A stretch of 52,077 bases of DNA, taken from positions 1 to 52,077 of the forward strand of contig JAEYZD010000198.1 of assembly GCA_023430725.1 (NCBI GenBank). Reading direction: 5' to 3'. Numbering within the stretch: the stretch's first letter is position 1; the number at the start of each line of letters is the position of its first letter. Below the pieces are notes generated by a model. It made no database searches, was not told the origin of the DNA, and was given only the letters and a program-made list of their open reading frames with translations. Below, piece after piece: positions 48,540 through 52,077 of the stretch. The DNA is from Bacteroidota bacterium. Its GTDB lineage: Bacteria > Bacteroidota > Bacteroidia > Bacteroidales > VadinHA17. Made by a program: the position numbers and the translations under genes.

Positions 48540-48632
48540 ATGCCAAGCGGTAAAAAGAGAAAAAGGCATAAGATGGCGACCCACAAACGCAAGAAGCGTT
48601 TGCGGAAAGACAGGCATAAGAAGAAGAAATAG
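48540..48632 (+). CDS. Ribosomal protein bS22-like mini-protein (mS38/AURKAIP1-type; not in the ORF track)
   Basis: Hand translation gives 30 aa: MPSGKKRKRHKMATHKRKKRLRKDRHKKKK, ending in TAG. It starts 4 nt after the HU stop. It matches my memory of the Bacteroidota bS22 sequence pattern. Confidence 0.75.
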   Translation: MPSGKKRKRHKMATHKRKKRLRKDRHKKKK

Positions 48633-48661
48633 CATCAATGCATAGTCTGTAGCTCTTACAC

Positions 48662-48693
48662 CTAACCTAAAGATCCTCTGATCTTTAGGTTAG
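48662..48693 (+). terminator. Perfect 14-bp hairpin between bS22 and the RNase E/G gene
   Basis: CTAACCTAAAGATC-ctct-GATCTTTAGGTTAG. No T tract follows. It could be a terminator or a leader/processing structure. Confidence 0.45.
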
Positions 48694-48738
48694 TTGCATT
48701 ATAAAAAAGACTATCGGCTAATAACCAAAATCCGGAAT

Positions 48739-50295
48739 GTGAATAAGGATCTAATAATCAGCGTAAATGATGCTGAGATATCCATCGCACTACTGGAGGA
48801 TAAGCAGCTTGTCGAGCTCAACAAGGAAAAGCGGAATGTAAAATTCTCAGTCGGCGACATTTACCTGGGGAAGGTAAAGAAGATCATGCCGGGGCTGAAT
48901 GCGGCGTTCATTAACGTCGGTTTCGAAAAGGATGCTTTCCTGCACTATCTTGACCTGGGCGCTCAGTTCAGGTCATTGCATCGCTACTACCAGCTGGCCA
49001 CACAGAACAAGGCCAGGATGACACCGGTCTCAAAGTTCAAGCCTGAGCCGGACATCGATAAGGATGGAAAAATAGCGGATGTACTTACTGCAGGACAGAC
49101 GGTTATCGTTCAGATAACCAAGGAACCGATCTCAACAAAGGGACCAAGGCTCGCCTCCGAGGTGAGCATCGCAGGGCGAAACCTCGTCCTGATGCCATTC
49201 GGAGACAAGGTCTCTGTCTCATCGAAGATAGAGAATGCTGACGAACGAAACCGCCTTAAGCTCCTGATACAAAGCATTAAACCCAAAAACTACGGTGTGA
49301 TTGTACGTACCGTGGCTGAGGGCAAAAAGGTTGCAGCCCTTGATGCTGAACTGAAGGAACTTATCAACCGATGGGAAACAGCCCTCTCGGCAGTGCATCG
49401 CGACGTTAAACAGCCGCGCCTGCTGGTGGGGGAGATGAACCGCACGACAACAATCCTCCGGGATATACTCAGTACCGACTTCAACAGCATCATCGTGGAT
49501 GATGAGGTGATAGGCGGCGAAGTGAAAAGTTACATCAGGGAAATTGCCCCTGAGAAGGAAAAGATAGTTAAGGTTTACAAGGACCAGGTACCTCTCTTTG
49601 ACCATTACGGGGTCAGCAGGCAGGTCAAGGGGCTCTTCGGCCGCACAATATCATTCAGGGGCGGTTCATACCTTATCATCGAGCATACTGAAGCACTGCA
49701 CGTGGTAGACGTCAACAGCGGCAACAGGTCAAAAACAGGCTCTGACCAGGAGTCAAATGCATTGTCAGTCAATCTTGAGGCCGCCAGGGAGATAGCCCGG
49801 CAGCTGCGCCTCAGGGATATGGGCGGCATAATCGTGATCGACTTCATTGATTTGCAGTCGAATGAAAACCGCCAGGCTCTTCATGACAGGATGAAAGAGC
49901 TGATGAGTGCAGACAGAGCCAAGCATAACATATTACCGCTCAGTAAATTCGGGCTGATGCAGATCACCCGTCAGAGGGTGCGCCCCGAGATGACAATCGT
50001 CACCGACGAGAAATGTCCGGTCTGCAGGGGCGAGGGCAAGACGGCCCCGGCAATACTGCTTACCGACGAGATGGAACGCACACTCACCTCTATCCTGGAG
50101 AAGGTGATGACACGGAAATTCATTCTCCGCACTCATCCCTTTGTTGCAGCCTACCTCAGGGAAGGTCTGATAACCAGGATAAGCCGGATTAACCGTAAGC
50201 ACGACGTCAGCATCAAGGTACAGGCAATCGAGTCATTCCACTTCCTGCAGTACGAATTTACTGACAGGCAGGGTAACGAGATTGATCTCACCTGA
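48739..50295 (+). CDS. rng: Rne/Rng-family ribonuclease (RNase G-like)
   Basis: S1 domain (GDIYLGKVKKIMPGLNAAFINVG), DNase-I-like core (VVDVNSG, IIVIDFID) and Zn-link CPVCRGEG. GTG 48739 (VNKDLIISV) is preferred over the TTG 48694 track start, which abuts the hairpin. The start remains uncertain. Confidence 0.9.
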   Translation: MNKDLIISVNDAEISIALLEDKQLVELNKEKRNVKFSVGDIYLGKVKKIMPGLNAAFINVGFEKDAFLHYLDLGAQFRSLHRYYQLATQNKARMTPVSKFKPEPDIDKDGKIADVLTAGQTVIVQITKEPISTKGPRLASEVSIAGRNLVLMPFGDKVSVSSKIENADERNRLKLLIQSIKPKNYGVIVRTVAEGKKVAALDAELKELINRWETALSAVHRDVKQPRLLVGEMNRTTTILRDILSTDFNSIIVDDEVIGGEVKSYIREIAPEKEKIVKVYKDQVPLFDHYGVSRQVKGLFGRTISFRGGSYLIIEHTEALHVVDVNSGNRSKTGSDQESNALSVNLEAAREIARQLRLRDMGGIIVIDFIDLQSNENRQALHDRMKELMSADRAKHNILPLSKFGLMQITRQRVRPEMTIVTDEKCPVCRGEGKTAPAILLTDEMERTLTSILEKVMTRKFILRTHPFVAAYLREGLITRISRINRKHDVSIKVQAIESFHFLQYEFTDRQGNEIDLT

Positions 50296-50331
50296 TCTTC
50301 CTGTTTCAGATCATATTGTGCATACATATGC

Positions 50332-50360
50332 GTAACGGCAGGTCTCAGACCTGCCGTTAC
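50332..50360. repeat. Palindromic REP-like element, copy D
   Basis: GTAACGGCAGGTCT-C-AGACCTGCCGTTAC, with perfect 14-nt arms. Flanked by ATATGC (50326-50331) and GCATAT (50363-50368), which extend the stem. Lies between convergent genes. Confidence 0.7.
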
Positions 50361-50381
50361 CTGCATATACCCGTATATCGT

Positions 50382-51161
50382 TTATAAATGGATGACCCGT
50401 CCGGAGCCGGTCCGTGTAAGACTCACTTCGGGATCACCGAGAAGGTAAATGTTGCCGCTGCCGCTGATGACAGCCTCAAGATCATCCTCCACGGTGGCAT
50501 AGACTGACCCGGATCCGGACAGTGTCATCCGGGCCGCAGAAGAGGCGAAATACCTCGAGAAGACCGAACCTGATCCGGAGACCACGTACCTGCTGCTTGC
50601 GGCGTCACCACCTGTCACAGTCAGGTCCCCTGATCCTGAGAGTGTGGCTTTCATGGTGGTGGCGGTGACATCATCGGTCATTACGTTGCCGGAACCGGAC
50701 ATCACAAGTGAGACCTCCGTGCCTGTCAGAGTGCCGGCTGTTATGTCACCAGAGCCGCTGTTGACAATTATGACGTCTGAACCGGTCAGAGGTCCTGACA
50801 TGAAGTCGCCTGATCCCGAGTTGACAATCTCACTGATGGCAGGTGCCGTTACAGTCACAACCGGGTGCCTTGTATAATTAAGGCAGTGTGTTCCCCTGAC
50901 AGTGCTGATCTCAAGCGCTCCGGCCCTTATTTCTGTCTCTATGTACGGCAGTATATTGCTCTCTGCCTCCACCGTGATGCTGTATTCATCGCCCCGGATA
51001 TAGTTGACGTGGAAGGATGTTTCATTGGCGATAGCCGTGAAGGGTACAGCCTCACGTGTTTCAGTCTCAACCATCCCGTTGCCGTCAATGCAGTCGACGA
51101 ACAGGGTGCATGCGGATAGTGTTGCGGAAAATGCCATGATGGCAAAAACAATCTTTTTCAT
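50382..51161 (-). CDS. Lipoprotein with head-GIN/DUF2807-like beta-helical repeats
   Basis: Lipobox LSAC. Seven SGSG[DNS] repeat units spaced about 20 aa apart. Confidence 0.75.
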   Translation of the reverse strand: MKKIVFAIMAFSATLSACTLFVDCIDGNGMVETETREAVPFTAIANETSFHVNYIRGDEYSITVEAESNILPYIETEIRAGALEISTVRGTHCLNYTRHPVVTVTAPAISEIVNSGSGDFMSGPLTGSDVIIVNSGSGDITAGTLTGTEVSLVMSGSGNVMTDDVTATTMKATLSGSGDLTVTGGDAASSRYVVSGSGSVFSRYFASSAARMTLSGSGSVYATVEDDLEAVISGSGNIYLLGDPEVSLTRTGSGRVIHL

Positions 51162-51232
51162 CTTTCTGTGCTTTTACTGTTCCTCAGTAAGGACACTGAA
51201 AAAACTTATCAGTTGCATGCCATGCAAAAAAA

Positions 51233-52077
51233 TTACTTCTGCAGTATGCGTATCTCTCCCCGTGTAGCGTCAATTCTTATTGTCGGGAGCGAGGCACTGC
51301 TGCCTGTGGTGACCCTGGTAACGAAGAGTTTGTCCTGGGCACTGAGCTCGGTACGTTCAGGCTCAGGGGTGACACCGGGCAGGGAGACGAAGGCATTGGC
51401 ATGCCGTATCTCAAGATCATAGACCGATCTCTCCTCAAGAGTCAGGTCCAGGTCAGCATATGACGATCTTACATCGATCAGCCTGAAGCTGCGCCGGATA
51501 TTCTCGAAGGAGAGGTTCCCGTACTTGACCGACATGCTGAGTTCGCCGGCAAGATGATCTGCTATAATGTCGCTGAAATAGCTTGTACCTGTCAGAACCT
51601 CTACGGTCCCGAAGTGAAGGTCATCACGCTTGGAGTCGAGGTCTACCTTACCGCAGGCATCAATCCAGGCCTTCGAGGAGACCGATTCCAGCCTTATGTT
51701 ACCTGTCTCCCTGGTTCTCAGTTCACTGAAGGAGAGAGTCACTTTCCCTTCCCTGATGTTCCTGACGTTGGCCTTGCTGAATGTGAGCTCAAGCATCTGC
51801 GCATTGCCTACTGCAGATGCGTCCAGGTTGCCGTTGGACAGTTTCAGCGCAAGCACCGGCACCTCGTCCCCGATGTATACATCTCCGTAGCTGTTTGTTA
51901 TACGCAGTTCCGATTCCGGCGGGCACTCAACAAAATAGTCGATCTTCATCCGCGAGTCGAAGTTGATGAGGTTCTTTGTCAGCCCCTTGAAGCTCTCGAA
52001 GAGTGGTGTTATCCCTTTTCTGAATGTTGTGACACCCCTCACTGTCTCCCCGGTCATCGAGATGCTGACATCAACAT
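51233..52077 (-). CDS. Hypothetical repeat-rich (beta-strand-like) protein (DUF4097-like?), 5' end probably outside the window
   Basis: The reading frame stays open upstream of the track's ATG to the window edge. Repeated strand motifs occur (YGDVYI, YGNLSF, YADLDL). The family call is a weak impression. Confidence 0.5.
   Translation of the reverse strand, partial: VDVSISMTGETVRGVTTFRKGITPLFESFKGLTKNLINFDSRMKIDYFVECPPESELRITNSYGDVYIGDEVPVLALKLSNGNLDASAVGNAQMLELTFSKANVRNIREGKVTLSFSELRTRETGNIRLESVSSKAWIDACGKVDLDSKRDDLHFGTVEVLTGTSYFSDIIADHLAGELSMSVKYGNLSFENIRRSFRLIDVRSSYADLDLTLEERSVYDLEIRHANAFVSLPGVTPEPERTELSAQDKLFVTRVTTGSSASLPTIRIDATRGEIRILQK

Overview
This window looks like a core chromosomal region of a Bacteroidota genome. 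Supporting evidence: gldD and gldE, a T9SS C-terminal sorting domain, TAnnTTTG -7 promoter boxes, no adk between secY and map, a bS22 mini-gene, and an EF-G2-type paralogue.

Gene content, left to right:
- A 5'-truncated TolC, then an adaptor and an RND pump efflux operon that ends in an ATGA-coupled P-II-like mini-protein.
- A separately promoted 4Fe-4S membrane protein with HMA-like repeats that lack the metal-binding cysteines.
- On the minus strand, an EF-G paralogue with degenerate GTPase motifs. It lies divergent from a complete str-S10-spc-alpha ribosomal supercluster (rpsL to rplQ, 10.5-28.3 kb).
- eno, a UbiD-family decarboxylase, a membrane PP2C phosphatase, and a convergent hybrid histidine kinase whose ATP-binding boxes are degenerate.
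- A secreted protein with a tyrosine-rich insert.
- A conserved-looking ORF split by an in-frame TAG just after a T12 tract.
- A DUF4870-like membrane protein and hisS.
- An ECF sigma / anti-sigma / periplasmic protein operon.
- ychF, an M14 carboxypeptidase with a T9SS sorting domain, and an AlkP-family protein with substituted metal ligands.
- A tight minus-strand cluster: ssb, gldE, gldD, PPTase, GGGP synthase.
- HU, bS22, and an RNase E/G-family gene.
- Two repeat-rich (beta-strand-like) envelope proteins; the last one runs off the window.

Three genes shorter than 60 aa are missing from the ORF track and were added by hand: rpmD, rpmJ and bS22.

I found no rRNA, tRNA, CRISPR array, transposase, integrase or recognisable defence system. 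Nothing here amounts to a clearly novel multi-gene system.

The most unusual signals:
- A four-copy palindromic REP-like element with compensatory stem changes.
- The GTPase-degenerate EF-G paralogue placed head-to-head with the str operon.
- The in-frame-TAG split gene.
- The kinase with a degenerate ATP-binding domain.
- The co-oriented gliding-gene / PPTase / GGGP synthase cluster.
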